A stretch of DNA of 63,794 nt, filler included, from an uncultured Methanoregulaceae archaeon (GTDB lineage Archaea > Halobacteriota > Methanomicrobia > Methanomicrobiales > Methanospirillaceae): the NCBI GenBank assembly GCA_964530035.1. It is 3 parts of 3 records of this genome, joined end to end, with 100 filler letters (N's around TTAATTAATTAA, not from the genome) between each part and the next. Parts side by side here need not be neighbours in the genome. Positions count along the whole stretch, not along the records: positions 21,548 to 42,633 come from CAZGXZ010000021.1; 2 more parts are not named here. One strand, given 5' to 3'. Positions 32,086 to 42,733 of this stretch are shown here, piece by piece (within the stretch, counting starts at the first letter, position 1; the number at the start of each line of letters is the position of its first letter). A program made the translations under genes and the position numbers. The notes below the pieces were generated by a model. The model worked only from the letters and a program-made list of their open reading frames with translations. It had not been told where the DNA came from and did not search any database.

Positions 32086-33370
32086 AGCAATCCGTGGACT
32101 GTTAGGTAAAAAACAGGAGGATACCCCTGCACGGGGGGCCCTGACCCTCACCCTCGAGGAGGTACCTGAATGGCTTGCTGGCAGAAGGGAGCAGGCAGGT
32201 CTGGAACTGACTACCAACATGGACCGGTTCCGTGCCTCTTTTCTGGAAAACGAACGGACACTTGGCGGTTTGGTCGGGGCTCTTCCGGCCCCTGATCCCG
32301 GGGCAGAAGCTTCCCCGAAAGTCCGTTCAGTGATCGAAAAATCATATCCCCAGTTCAGGAAAGCAATAGCTTCTCAGATTGTTACCGAGTTTCCTGATGA
32401 TCCCGAGATGTTCTATAAAATGGTCACTGAATCGCTCAAGGGGTGCGTATCAGCGCTGAAAGGGCCGGGCAAGTATATCCACCTCCTCTTTCCTGAACAG
32501 ATGAAGATCATCAGGGACCGTGTAGCAGAAATGGGGAGAGAGGTGAATGAACTCACGAGGCTGCTCGCCGGGCACCGGGATGTCATCGGGAAGATTGAAC
32601 GGGCAGAGGAGATATCACGACAGATACAGCGTCGCCAGGGGCATCACGAGCACCTTGACTCCCTGCGCGAGGACCATCAGCAGAAACTAGGGGATCTGAT
32701 AAAACAGGTCGCGGATCTCCAGGCAGAAAAGGAGTGTATCGCAGGCGAACCCTCCTACCAGGACCTGAAAAACCTCGAAGAACAGGTAAAATCCTCCATT
32801 GATAACGAAAACCAGGCGTATCAAGAGTACCGGGTTATGACTGCGGCAGCCCTCCATGTCTTGCGGAGGACCCAGAAAATCATTGAAAGGAAGCCAGGAA
32901 ACGACCAGGACATGCAGGTGCTAACTGGCGCAATGCTTGCCCTTGACGGTCTTGAACCGCCGGAATCCAGGGATGTGGAGGATCTTGCAGGAGCTGCAGG
33001 CCGTATTGTGGTGAAGGTTCTCGGTTCCGGGGAGATACAGCTGAAAAATCGTGAAGAACGGGAGCTGTTCACGGACGAAGGATCCATGGTCCGCTGTATA
33101 ACCGGTAAGGTAGAAGCCTATGTAGATGCAAGGACAAAAAGGGCTGAAAAAGAGGAGAAACTGAAGAATGATCCTCTCTCAAGGAGACTTGATGAATGCC
33201 AGTCCAGGTTGCAGGAGGCACAGCAGCAGATGGCTCGGGAAGAGGCCCACGGACGCCAGATAGGGGAGAAACAACGACAATTCGAAGTATCCTGGCCGGA
33301 TTCCGTGGCGGAGCTCGAAAAAATCATTGGTGACCTGGCCGGAACAAGCACCTGCGTTCAGTGCAAATAG
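32075..33370 (+). CDS. Long coiled-coil hypothetical protein
   Basis: About 430 aa, E/K/Q/L-rich heptads. Confidence 0.75.
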   Translation: MVFKAIRGLLGKKQEDTPARGALTLTLEEVPEWLAGRREQAGLELTTNMDRFRASFLENERTLGGLVGALPAPDPGAEASPKVRSVIEKSYPQFRKAIASQIVTEFPDDPEMFYKMVTESLKGCVSALKGPGKYIHLLFPEQMKIIRDRVAEMGREVNELTRLLAGHRDVIGKIERAEEISRQIQRRQGHHEHLDSLREDHQQKLGDLIKQVADLQAEKECIAGEPSYQDLKNLEEQVKSSIDNENQAYQEYRVMTAAALHVLRRTQKIIERKPGNDQDMQVLTGAMLALDGLEPPESRDVEDLAGAAGRIVVKVLGSGEIQLKNREERELFTDEGSMVRCITGKVEAYVDARTKRAEKEEKLKNDPLSRRLDECQSRLQEAQQQMAREEAHGRQIGEKQRQFEVSWPDSVAELEKIIGDLAGTSTCVQCK

Positions 33371-33430
33371 ACGAAGCAAAGACCACAGGTACTTTCCACT
33401 CCTGCATGACTTTATGGGTGAATAACTATC

Positions 33431-33700
33431 ATGGCCGACAAGGAATACCGGATACTGAAGGTGGAGGGAGGAGCGGTCGACTGTCTCCCCTCGGTGCGTG
33501 AACCTGTAGAAAAATGCCGTTTTTGTGTTTTTTCCCGCTATTTCAAAATTAAGGGCACAGATTACCCATCTCCGGCCCTCGCGTTCTGTGTCCTTCATCG
33601 ACAGGACAGCCGTGAGATTGACCTGAAGCAGGTCGATGCAGTCACATGCGCCGACCGGAAAGGCGAAGGTTTCAGGAGTATGCTGAACGTCATTGGCTGA
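33431..33700 (+). CDS. Small Cys-containing hypothetical protein
   Basis: 89 aa, CRFC plus three further Cys, SD-like GGTGA upstream. Confidence 0.75.
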   Translation: MADKEYRILKVEGGAVDCLPSVREPVEKCRFCVFSRYFKIKGTDYPSPALAFCVLHRQDSREIDLKQVDAVTCADRKGEGFRSMLNVIG

Positions 33701-33785
33701 TGCAGAATCGCTGGCCAATTCCAGGTTTAAATCCTACCCTTGCTACAGTCATGATTAGTACCCTGTGAGGATCCCTGCCGGGTCA

Positions 33786-35234
33786 TCAGAGAACGATGGA
33801 GAGGAGCCGTTCCAGATCAACGTGTTCCTCGAATATCGAAGCCAGCGTTTCGTACGGGTCAGGACCTTCGGTGGAGATTTCCTCGAACGGGATGTCCCTC
33901 TTCATGCAGAGATACCCGAGAAGGGAATTCACCGCGGTGAGATTCTGAAATACCCCGTGCATGTATGTCCCTATCACCAGCCCGTCACTGCTGACCGCCC
34001 CGTCCCCTTCAAAGGCTTCACTCCCGGAACCTATATGAGTCCTTCCCATGTGGATCTCATAACCGGTCACCTCGCCAACCCGGTCAAGAATGGGGCCGAC
34101 GGGTAGTGCCTTCCTCCAGACCTGGCGGGTTGTCTTGTGATACTCCTCGAACACGGTATGGGCGTCAAGGAGTCCGAAACCCTCGAAAACACCTTCTTTT
34201 GATTCAATACCCTTGTCGATAATTTTTTTCCCGAGCATCTGGAACCCTCCGCAAATCCCGATGATAGGAGTCCTCCGCTCACGAACGGCCGCAAGCTCCT
34301 GTGCGAACCCGTTTTTTTTCAGAATTTCGAGATCGTCGATGGTATTCTTCGTGCCTGGGATGATGACCGCATCGTACCCGGACAGGGTGGCCCCTGGTGG
34401 GATATAGGTAACCGATGCGTATCGCTCAAGCAGCTCAAAGTCAGTAAAATTCGATATGTGCGGGAGCCGCACCACGGCAATCCGAACGGCAGTCCTGTGT
34501 AATGACCTTTCCTCCTTGTCACCAAGGGAAAGCGAGTCTTCGCTTGGAAGGTCCAGGGAAACATAAGGCAGGACACCCAGGACCGGGACTCCTGAAAGCT
34601 CTTCAAGGATAGTCACACCGTCGCTGAACAGAGAGGGGTCTCCCCTGAACTTGTTGATAATCACCCCTTTCACAAGCGGGCGGATGTCTGGGGGCAGAAG
34701 GGCAATCGTTCCATATACCTGGGCGAAAATGCCTCCCCTTTCGATATCCGCGACAAGGATGACCGGGAATGACAAGGCCCGGGCAAGAAGTATGTTCGCG
34801 ATATCCCTCTTGTAGAGGTTGACTTCAGCCGCTCCCCCCGCCCCTTCACAGATTACCTGTTCATATCTACCGGCCAGCCGGTTTGCCGATTCAACCGCAA
34901 TTTTCAGGAGTTTATCAGTTTCCTCGTAATATTTCCTGATCTGGACGTCCTTGTAAGGTCTTCCGAGAACCACAACCTGGGATATGGATGAGCCCTTCGG
35001 TTTCAGGAGGATAGGGTTCATATCTGCATCAGGGGCGACGCGAGCGGCAGCTGCCTGCATTATCTGGGCGATTGCTATTTCAGCCCCATCCCGCGTGACA
35101 GCTGAGTTGAGGCTCATGTTCTGGGATTTAAAGGGTGAGACCGTAATACCCCTGTTTGAAAGACAACGGCAGATTGCTGCAACTACTGTGCTTTTTCCGA
35201 CATGTGAGGCAGTTCCTAGGACGAGGAGGGACAT
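33786..35234 (-). CDS. cobQ: Cobyric acid synthase
   Basis: [41 protein letters not shown]. Confidence 0.96.
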   Translation of the reverse strand: MSLLVLGTASHVGKSTVVAAICRCLSNRGITVSPFKSQNMSLNSAVTRDGAEIAIAQIMQAAAARVAPDADMNPILLKPKGSSISQVVVLGRPYKDVQIRKYYEETDKLLKIAVESANRLAGRYEQVICEGAGGAAEVNLYKRDIANILLARALSFPVILVADIERGGIFAQVYGTIALLPPDIRPLVKGVIINKFRGDPSLFSDGVTILEELSGVPVLGVLPYVSLDLPSEDSLSLGDKEERSLHRTAVRIAVVRLPHISNFTDFELLERYASVTYIPPGATLSGYDAVIIPGTKNTIDDLEILKKNGFAQELAAVRERRTPIIGICGGFQMLGKKIIDKGIESKEGVFEGFGLLDAHTVFEEYHKTTRQVWRKALPVGPILDRVGEVTGYEIHMGRTHIGSGSEAFEGDGAVSSDGLVIGTYMHGVFQNLTAVNSLLGYLCMKRDIPFEEISTEGPDPYETLASIFEEHVDLERLLSIVL

Positions 35235-35436
35235 GAAATATAGTATCCCGTACGCAGGGAATGGAAATAAATGGCAGGATCTGTCCCTGCAGTGTGGGTG
35301 ATAATGCCTGTACCCTGTTTATCAGGACTTTTTACGTTTTAATTCAGATACAGGGGCATGGAATTGCCTGATACGGTTTTTATCCGTTTCTCATGGGCCA
35401 ATCATTTTATAAGCAAAGCGGTAAGCTCTTAGGCTA

Positions 35437-35742
35437 ATGAATGGAGGTATTTGTCCTACCTGTGGACTACCCAAAGAGCTGTGTATCTGTGAAGAGGTCG
35501 CGAAAGAACAGCAGCGAATCAATGTCAAGGTGAATAAACGGCGGTATGGGAAAGAAGTTACCGTCGTGGAAGGACTCGACCCTACTGACATCGATCTGGA
35601 GGAGCTTTCCAAATTCCTGAAAGGAAAGCTTGCATGCGGGGGAACGGTCAAGGGATCATCGATCGAGCTCCAGGGCAATCATCGTGAACGGGTGAATGAC
35701 CTCCTTGCAAAAAAAGGATTTTCAGTCGATAAAATGAATTGA
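35437..35742 (+). CDS. Translation initiation factor aIF-1 (SUI1/YciH)
   Basis: [32 protein letters not shown]. Confidence 0.95.
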   Translation: MNGGICPTCGLPKELCICEEVAKEQQRINVKVNKRRYGKEVTVVEGLDPTDIDLEELSKFLKGKLACGGTVKGSSIELQGNHRERVNDLLAKKGFSVDKMN

Positions 35743-35842
35743 GGTCCCGCCAGCAGGGACATATGGAACCGGACACCCACAGCAGCACCACCCAATAATG
35801 GCGACTCCCGGGCATCAGGGCGATTATTCAACCTTGATGGTT

Positions 35843-36232
35843 TCAGGACTGCTTTTTCTTCTTCTTTGACATCGAGAACAGGTCGACAACATACATTCCT
35901 TCGTCCTGCAGTCCGACAACCCGTTCATCTGAACTGGCCATCTTTTCGATATTGAGTTCATACGTGCCAGGGCCAAGGATCCGGATGCACTCGATGCGTT
36001 CCCGTTCCTCCTCGGAAGTGTCTGAAGATGGGGTTGTTGCAGATCCTCCAAGGTCGCCCTTTTTTTCTGAAGGTTGAGGTGCGCTCCTGCCCTCAGGTCT
36101 GCGGACTTTGTTCTCCAGTTCCCGTGGAGAAATGAATATAAACTTTTTGCCCCCGCAGGAAGGGCACCCCTCGAGGAGTACTTCCTGGTTTGCATCATAG
36201 ATTTCTCCGCACCTGGCACACTTGTGCGGCAT
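35843..36232 (-). CDS. oapC: OapC-like Zn-ribbon protein (DUF2072)
   Basis: MPHKCARCG…GCPSCGGKKF…GTYELN. Confidence 0.85.
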   Translation of the reverse strand: MPHKCARCGEIYDANQEVLLEGCPSCGGKKFIFISPRELENKVRRPEGRSAPQPSEKKGDLGGSATTPSSDTSEEERERIECIRILGPGTYELNIEKMASSDERVVGLQDEGMYVVDLFSMSKKKKKQS

Positions 36233-36238
36233 GGAAAT

Positions 36239-36607
36239 TCACCGGTTCGATGATATCCAGGCCGAGAGAAGGTCCTTCTCGCGGCGGATCATCTTGAGCT
36301 GGTTTGCGGGACCTATTACGGTTAGCCGCCTGGAAGATGTCTGCCTCCCCATCAGGCGTCTCAGAAAGCTTCCTGCCTCTTCAGGAGCAGGGTACGTTTC
36401 CATCTCTATTCCTTCAAAACCATCAGGAAGTATTTCATGCATTGTCATCTCGATGAGACGGCTTTGTTCATCAGGTTCAAGCCCTTTTTCAAGGATAACA
36501 ATGTTTCCCTGCCGTACACTATCCAAGATCAGGTGGATCTTCTCCATGGATGTCAGCCGGGCCAGCCGGTCCTCGGAAATAAGGTCTATCTGAATTCCCT
36601 GCATCAT
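36239..36607 (-). CDS. oapB: OapB-like protein (DUF2073)
   Basis: SMEKI..ILD, GLEPDE..LIE.TM, GIEMETY, LTVIGPAN. Confidence 0.85.
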   Translation of the reverse strand: MMQGIQIDLISEDRLARLTSMEKIHLILDSVRQGNIVILEKGLEPDEQSRLIEMTMHEILPDGFEGIEMETYPAPEEAGSFLRRLMGRQTSSRRLTVIGPANQLKMIRREKDLLSAWISSNR

Positions 36608-36611
36608 AATC

Positions 36612-37253
36612 TCACCGGAACACGACAACCATTTTTTCGTAGAGTTCTTCGATGTTCTGGCCGTTTAAACAGGATATGCCGACCACGGGGTGCTGAGGAA
36701 ACGCAGTCTTGATCCTCTGCTGGTTCGAATCGGGAAGGTCAATCTTGTTGGCCGCGATTACAACCGGGAGTTTGCGGCTCTCAACAATCCCGATCATCAT
36801 GATGTTGACCTGGAGGAACGGGTCAGCCGTGCTGTCCATCATGTAGACAACCCCGTCTATATCCTCGCGGAGCCAGTGCATGGCCTCGGCTACTCCTTCC
36901 GTCGCCTCACGTGCCCTGTTTATGGCTTCGTCCTTGGTAATGCCGTACTCCAGGAACTCCTTGTAGTCAATCTTGGTGGTGACACCAGGTGTATCGACAA
37001 TATCGATGGTGATGGACTTTCCGTTGGCGCTCGTAATCACGATGTCGTGCGCCCTGTGAGCCCGGCGTGTCTCATGGGGGATTTCGCTGACCGCCCCGAC
37101 CTGCGAACCGGTCCAGTCCCGGGCTATTCGGTTGGCAAGTGTAGTTTTACCTGCATTTGGAGGGCCATAGATTCCAATACGCGTGTTTTTCTTCCGAAAT
37201 ACCTTTGAAAGGAGGGAAGCTAATTTTTGTCTTGTCTGGGTAAACAGGTCCAT
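36612..37253 (-). CDS. oapA: Era-like GTPase OapA
   Basis: GPPNAGKT, PHETR, DTPG, NKID. Confidence 0.88.
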   Translation of the reverse strand: MDLFTQTRQKLASLLSKVFRKKNTRIGIYGPPNAGKTTLANRIARDWTGSQVGAVSEIPHETRRAHRAHDIVITSANGKSITIDIVDTPGVTTKIDYKEFLEYGITKDEAINRAREATEGVAEAMHWLREDIDGVVYMMDSTADPFLQVNIMMIGIVESRKLPVVIAANKIDLPDSNQQRIKTAFPQHPVVGISCLNGQNIEELYEKMVVVFR

Positions 37254-37481
37254 TGAATGGTATCCCCCGGCATGAAGGAGTTGCGGCCTTCCTGAGTCTT
37301 CTGCATCAGGCCTATCGTGACTATATGAAGGATGTTCTTATTAGGGTTCTCGTAAAGCCCCATCAAGTTTGCCCGTTCGCGGTCGCTTATTTATAGGCCC
37401 ATTCATACATAATAGTGCCCGATTCAGGGAAACCGGCAGCCGCCAGAAAACGGCTGGATGAAGGCAAAGGAGGTGATGCAG

Positions 37482-38045
37482 ATGACATATTCGAATGACT
37501 CTCTTCGACTGGATACCCGCATTATTGTGCGCGATATCATGCAGACCAATGCTACCACGATTGATGCATCAGCATCCGTCTCGGAGGCCGCGAAGGCTAT
37601 GTGCCGTGACGAGGTCGGGAGCTGTATCGTCCTCGACAAGCACCTCCCGCTTGGGATTGTGACCGAAGAGGATATGAACTGCAAAATCGTGGCCAGGGAC
37701 AGGAAACCAGGTTCCGTCCCGGTCAAGGCCATCATGAGCACTCCGCTTATCACCATAGGCGCAGATCAGACCGTTGGTGAGGCGGCACAGATGATGGCCA
37801 GAAAGCGGGTACGACGGCTTCCGGTTGTCGATGAAGAGAATGTCGTCATCGGGATTGTTACTGTACGTGATATCCTTGCGGCATCAACCACCATCAACGA
37901 ACTCCTTTCAGCCCTGATAGAGATCAACAGGGGGGACGAGATAGACATGGGCGTATGCGACCGGTGCGGAAAGATGTCTGATGACCTCCGCCGTGTCGAT
38001 ACCCTGCTTCTGTGCTCATCCTGCCGTGATGAGGAGAGCATCTGA
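37482..38045 (+). CDS. CBS-pair protein with C-terminal Zn ribbon
   Basis: Two CBS motifs plus GVCDRCG…LCSSC; SD GGAGGTGA. Confidence 0.9.
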   Translation: MTYSNDSLRLDTRIIVRDIMQTNATTIDASASVSEAAKAMCRDEVGSCIVLDKHLPLGIVTEEDMNCKIVARDRKPGSVPVKAIMSTPLITIGADQTVGEAAQMMARKRVRRLPVVDEENVVIGIVTVRDILAASTTINELLSALIEINRGDEIDMGVCDRCGKMSDDLRRVDTLLLCSSCRDEESI

Positions 38046-38791
38046 TGAAGGGAGTCCAGGACTACCTCATCAGTATCCCCTCGCTGACCGTTTCCGACAC
38101 GGTAACAAAGGCCCGTAAAATCCTCCGGGATGACGTGTTCCGCGAGATATATGTAGCCGATCATAAAAAGGAACTGGCAGGATACATCGACATTACCGAC
38201 GTCCTCAGGATAACCGCGACGAAATCAAATGTCACGGTTGACGGCTTTATTAAGGACGCGCCGTTTGTCTCGCCAGGAGACAGCATCGAGGGAGCTGTGA
38301 TTGCTATCAGGTCTTTCAAGACGGACAGCGCCGCCGTGGTAGGGCCGGGCATGACTCTCATCGGAGCGGTACTTCTGTCAGACCTCTTTCCGGTCATAAT
38401 TAACCGCAGGAACCTGCAAGGGCGCGTATCTGATTTCATGACCACCAAGGTGATGACCTGTTGTGCTGACGATCCCCTGCAGAAAGTCTACACAACAATC
38501 CTTGAATGCGGTTACAACGCTCTGCCGGTAATCCGGAAAAAACGCCTTGTGGGGATTGTTTCACGCAGGGATCTCCTTCGTGAAGGGCACCTTCGTCCTT
38601 CAATCGGTCATCCCGCCGACACTCCCGTGTGCGAGCTGATGACTCAGCAGGTTATCTCGGTGACACCTGATGTTACCATCCAGGTCGCTGCAGATCTCCT
38701 GGTCAGGAATAATATCGGCCGTCTTCCGGTTGTAGAAGACATGAAACTTGTCGGGATACTCGACAGGCACGATGTTCTCTCCGGGGTCTAG
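38045..38791 (+). CDS. CBS domain protein (4 CBS)
   Basis: LPV…LVGI.S/D..D motifs. Confidence 0.9.
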   Translation: MKGVQDYLISIPSLTVSDTVTKARKILRDDVFREIYVADHKKELAGYIDITDVLRITATKSNVTVDGFIKDAPFVSPGDSIEGAVIAIRSFKTDSAAVVGPGMTLIGAVLLSDLFPVIINRRNLQGRVSDFMTTKVMTCCADDPLQKVYTTILECGYNALPVIRKKRLVGIVSRRDLLREGHLRPSIGHPADTPVCELMTQQVISVTPDVTIQVAADLLVRNNIGRLPVVEDMKLVGILDRHDVLSGV

Positions 38792-38823
38792 AAGACCCGA
38801 AACACACTCCGGGGGAGGATCAC

Positions 38824-39765
38824 ATGCACCACGTTGAACGAACAAACAAGCAGGGTGACCGGCTTCTGAAAATGCCCGGGTCAATGGACCGGGGGCCGGT
38901 TGAGTTCAAATCGCATCTTGTCCGCCAGGAGGGCGAGATAATGGCACTTGCCAGCAGGTCAGTCGTTTCCTCCACGCCGACGATGCGTATCCTGTCTGCA
39001 ATAGAGACCATGACCGAGTGGAGGGTCCGCAGACTCCCTCTTATTGACGCAGGAACCCGGCATATCAAGGGAATTGTTACTTCCGGCGATGTCATCAATT
39101 TTCTCGGTGGAGGTGACAAATTCAACCTCGTGTCCATTAAACACGGAGGAAATTTCCTCGCTGCGATAAATGAGAGCATATCTGCCATCATGTCCCCTCA
39201 GGTAGTGACGCTTCCTTCGGCAGCCAGTTTGAATGATGCCCTTGATATCATCATCAGGCAGATGATCGGTGGCATCCCGATTACCGACCCGGACGGTGCT
39301 CTTGCCGGAATTGTTACTGAACGTGATGTCCTGAAGGTTCTTAAAAACGAGAGGACGGCACTTACTGTCGAGGAGGTAATGACCACGGATCTGAGGGTCA
39401 CCTCGCCGGAAAGTCCCATCAGCGCTGTGTCCGAAGACCTTACCAAGCACCGTTTCAGGAGATTACCTGTGGTCAGTGACGATGTCCTTTTCGGGATCAT
39501 CACAGCCACGGACATCATGAGGTTCCTTGGCAGTGGAAAAGTGTTCTCCCAGATGGTAACAGGGGACGTGGGTGAGATCATGGGCCTGCCTGTAAGGAAA
39601 CTGTTGTCAGGTGAATTATTTACCACGACGCCGGAAAAGAACCTCCATGATGTCGCGAGGGACATGTTGAATAAAAAAGTTGGTGCACTGCCTGTCATCG
39701 AAGACTCCCGTCTGATAGGTCTGATAACAGAATATGATATGGTCAGGGCACTTTCAGAGAGGTGA
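38824..39765 (+). CDS. CBS domain protein (4 CBS)
   Basis: RRLP, GIVTSGD, GIVTERD, GIITATD, GLITEYD. Confidence 0.9.
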   Translation: MHHVERTNKQGDRLLKMPGSMDRGPVEFKSHLVRQEGEIMALASRSVVSSTPTMRILSAIETMTEWRVRRLPLIDAGTRHIKGIVTSGDVINFLGGGDKFNLVSIKHGGNFLAAINESISAIMSPQVVTLPSAASLNDALDIIIRQMIGGIPITDPDGALAGIVTERDVLKVLKNERTALTVEEVMTTDLRVTSPESPISAVSEDLTKHRFRRLPVVSDDVLFGIITATDIMRFLGSGKVFSQMVTGDVGEIMGLPVRKLLSGELFTTTPEKNLHDVARDMLNKKVGALPVIEDSRLIGLITEYDMVRALSER

Positions 39766-39771
39766 AGCCCC

Positions 39772-40611
39772 ATGCAGGCATCTGATGTGATGAGCGCCCC
39801 GGTTCGTGTTGTGACTCCTGATGATCAGGTGTCTCGGGCACGGAACCTGATGATCAGGTATCACCTGTCACGTCTACCCGTCATTCAGGACGAGGTTCTT
39901 GTCGGGATTATCACAAAAAAGGATATCGGGTATCGTCTCCTTGAGACAGACCCGCTGTGGCGCAGACGGCCGATAGACACGATACCGTTACGGCTCCTCA
40001 TGACACCCGACCCGGTATCGGCCGGTCCTGAAACAGGGATGCGAGAGATAGCCCGCATCATGGTCAACAGGGATATCAGCGGAGTACCGATACTAGAAAA
40101 TTCCAGGATAATCGGTATTGTTACGAAATCCGATCTTATGCGCTCGGGCCTGGTGAGCGGTCTGGATGCGCGGGTCGGCGATCTCATGGAGGATGCGGTG
40201 ACGGTATCGCGCTATCATTCGGTTTCACATATCATCGAAGTGATGAGTGAGCGGAATGATAAAGTGATAGTGACTAATAATGATGGAACCCTGGCAGGCA
40301 TCATCACGGAAAGCAACCTCGCGTTCTACACCTACTCAAAGCAGGGTGCAGGACTCCCCGAGCATGACATAAGCATGCTTCGGAAGGATGAGGCGGGCGG
40401 ACGGAAGATGTTCCGGCACGTAGTCCATGCATCAGCGATCGCCGAGGATGTGATGACACGCCCGGTCATCACGATCGATCCCACTGCGTCCGTTCAGGAG
40501 GCCCTCGCTCTCTTTAAAAGCCACCATATCAACAGTGTTGTGGCAGTCAGGGGAACGGAGATTTGCGGAATCCTCAAAAGAGATGATATCATCCGGGAAG
40601 TGACAACATGA
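39772..40611 (+). CDS. CBS domain protein (4 CBS)
   Basis: SRLPV, GIITKKD, GIVTKSD, GIITESN. Confidence 0.9.
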   Translation: MQASDVMSAPVRVVTPDDQVSRARNLMIRYHLSRLPVIQDEVLVGIITKKDIGYRLLETDPLWRRRPIDTIPLRLLMTPDPVSAGPETGMREIARIMVNRDISGVPILENSRIIGIVTKSDLMRSGLVSGLDARVGDLMEDAVTVSRYHSVSHIIEVMSERNDKVIVTNNDGTLAGIITESNLAFYTYSKQGAGLPEHDISMLRKDEAGGRKMFRHVVHASAIAEDVMTRPVITIDPTASVQEALALFKSHHINSVVAVRGTEICGILKRDDIIREVTT

Positions 40612-41384
40612 CAAAAGAAATGCTCGTCAAGGACATAATGTCCAAGCCGGTAACTATCGCGAAATCAGCACCCATTACCGAGGCACTCGACAAGATGCTC
40701 GATCAGGGGATGGATCCCCTGATCGTGGTGAACCAGAACGCCGTTGTAGGGACAATCTCACGTCACACGATTGCGGAAACACTCGGTAGCAAGAAGAACT
40801 CGGGCCTGGCGCCAACGGCGATCCACGTTTCCAACTCTGTTGAAGAGGAGTTCACCCCGGTCTACCCTGACCAGACTCTGGACGTGGTCGTCCCGCTCCT
40901 TCAGGTATACAAGCTCGTTGTTGTGTATGACAAGGACCACAGACTGATTGGCCAGGTGACTCATGACGACCTCCTGAAGGTGGTAAAACCTGATGTCACG
41001 CTTGAGACGGTTGTTGAAAAAGCCGTTACGATTGACGCCGAAGAACGGGTCGTTCACCTGCGGCGCCGCATGATCGATGACAATATCCTCAGGTTCATCG
41101 TTACTGAACAGGACCGCATGGTAGGAATTGTCACGGAAACTGATGTTGCCGTGTCCATGCGTAAGTTCCGCGAGATGGTAGAGGACAGGCACCAGGACCA
41201 CCGCATCCGTAACCTGATCGTGAGGGACATCATGACCGCACCAGTCTTCTCTGTTGATAGTGCATCCGGGCTCTCGCCCGTGCTTGACCTCATCATCCAG
41301 AAGAAGTTCAGTTCGGTTCCGGTAACGGAACAGGGCAAGCTCACAGGGATAATCACCCGTTCAGCGCTTGTAAAGGCCCTTTGA
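40608..41384 (+). CDS. CBS domain protein (4 CBS)
   Basis: KDIMSKPV, GIVTETD, RDIMT, GIITRS. Confidence 0.9.
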   Translation: MTKEMLVKDIMSKPVTIAKSAPITEALDKMLDQGMDPLIVVNQNAVVGTISRHTIAETLGSKKNSGLAPTAIHVSNSVEEEFTPVYPDQTLDVVVPLLQVYKLVVVYDKDHRLIGQVTHDDLLKVVKPDVTLETVVEKAVTIDAEERVVHLRRRMIDDNILRFIVTEQDRMVGIVTETDVAVSMRKFREMVEDRHQDHRIRNLIVRDIMTAPVFSVDSASGLSPVLDLIIQKKFSSVPVTEQGKLTGIITRSALVKAL

Positions 41385-41474
41385 TTTTTTTACAAAGGTA
41401 CCTGTGCATGGATCCCTGCAGTACTGCTTCTGCCGTCGTGCCCTCTGCACTTCCGGCACCGGGAGGTGTATTCT

Positions 41475-42458
41475 ATGGAACTTGAGCCTACACGGCATGT
41501 CGTCCCGCAGCCCGATGTAGCCCTCCTCCTGGAATCCATGAGCCACACCGGGTTCCAGGGGCGGCAGCTGGGAGAGTCCTTCAGGGCATGGAAGAAGATG
41601 ATAGCTGAGCCAGGATGCTCCATTTTTCTGGGCCTTTCCGGAGCGATGGTCCCTGCGGGAATGCAACGATGTCTTATTGAACTCGCTGAGCGCCGTTTTA
41701 TCGACATTGTGGTGTCCACCGGGGCAAATGTCTTCCACGATGTTTGTGAACACCTGGGCGTCAGGCACTACCTCGGGCATCACCGTGTGAATGATGAAGA
41801 CCTGTTTGAACAGGGAATCGACCGCATCTATGATGTATTTGCATACGAGGAAGAGTTCAGGGATATTGACCGGGCGATAGCGACGTTTTCTTCGGAAATC
41901 GCTCCGTTCAATGGATCATCGGCCCTGTTCATCGCACGGCTCGGTGAGTGGCTCAGGGACAGGCGGCCGGATGGATGCTCATTTACCGCAACGTGCGCCA
42001 GGATGGGCATACCCATTTTCGTGCCAGCCCTGTGTGATTCATCTATCGGAATCGGGCTTGTCATCGCCCGGAGAAACGGTGTTCCGGTACAGGTTGACCA
42101 GATATCAGATGCAGATGAAATAACCCGGCATGTTGAAAAGGCCCAAAAAACGGGGGTTGTTTACATTGGCGGCGGAGTGCCGAAAAATTTTATCCAGCAG
42201 ACCCAGGTAATCGGGTCCATACACAAGTCAGATTGTACGGGCCATGATTTTGCCGTCCAGTTTACCACGGATAACCCTCATTTCGGTGGCCTGTCTGGTT
42301 GCACGTTCGAGGAAGCCGTCAGCTGGGGGAAGGAAACGGTTGATTCTGTGCGGGCCCAGTGTTTCTGTGATGCGACTATCGCCCTGCCCCTTGTCACGTC
42401 CGCTCTTATTGCATCAGGTATTACGCGAAGAGATGGGGCAGGAAAACTCCCGCTATAA
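41475..42458 (+). CDS. dys: Deoxyhypusine synthase
   Basis: GLSGAMVPAG, DRIYDV, GGGVPKN, GGLSG, EAVSWGK, DATI. Confidence 0.92.
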   Translation: MELEPTRHVVPQPDVALLLESMSHTGFQGRQLGESFRAWKKMIAEPGCSIFLGLSGAMVPAGMQRCLIELAERRFIDIVVSTGANVFHDVCEHLGVRHYLGHHRVNDEDLFEQGIDRIYDVFAYEEEFRDIDRAIATFSSEIAPFNGSSALFIARLGEWLRDRRPDGCSFTATCARMGIPIFVPALCDSSIGIGLVIARRNGVPVQVDQISDADEITRHVEKAQKTGVVYIGGGVPKNFIQQTQVIGSIHKSDCTGHDFAVQFTTDNPHFGGLSGCTFEEAVSWGKETVDSVRAQCFCDATIALPLVTSALIASGITRRDGAGKLPL

Positions 42459-42582
42459 GGTGGTCTGTGTTCCTGGTGGTTAGAAAACCACAATGGTTAT
42501 AATCCAGACCCGTCCATATAATACAGCACCATTCATGGAGCAGCAATGATTGCTGCGAGTATCGAAAGATGCGAGATTGCCT

Positions 42583-42633
42583 GTTGAGGTAGCCAAGCCT
42601 GGTATGGCGCAGGTTTGCTAAACCTGTGTCCCC
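42583..42633 (+). tRNA. tRNA-Ser(GCT), 3' part lost at contig end
   Basis: GTTGAGG-TAGCCAAGCCTGGTATGGC-G, arm CAGGT-TTGCTAA-ACCTG. Confidence 0.85.
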
Positions 42634-42733
42634 NNNNNNNNNNNNNNNNNNNNNNNNNNNNNNNNNNNNNNNNNNNNTTAATTAATTAANNNNNNNNNNN
42701 NNNNNNNNNNNNNNNNNNNNNNNNNNNNNNNNN
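42634..42733. other. Artificial contig linker
   Basis: 44 N + TTAATTAATTAA + 44 N. Confidence 0.97.
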
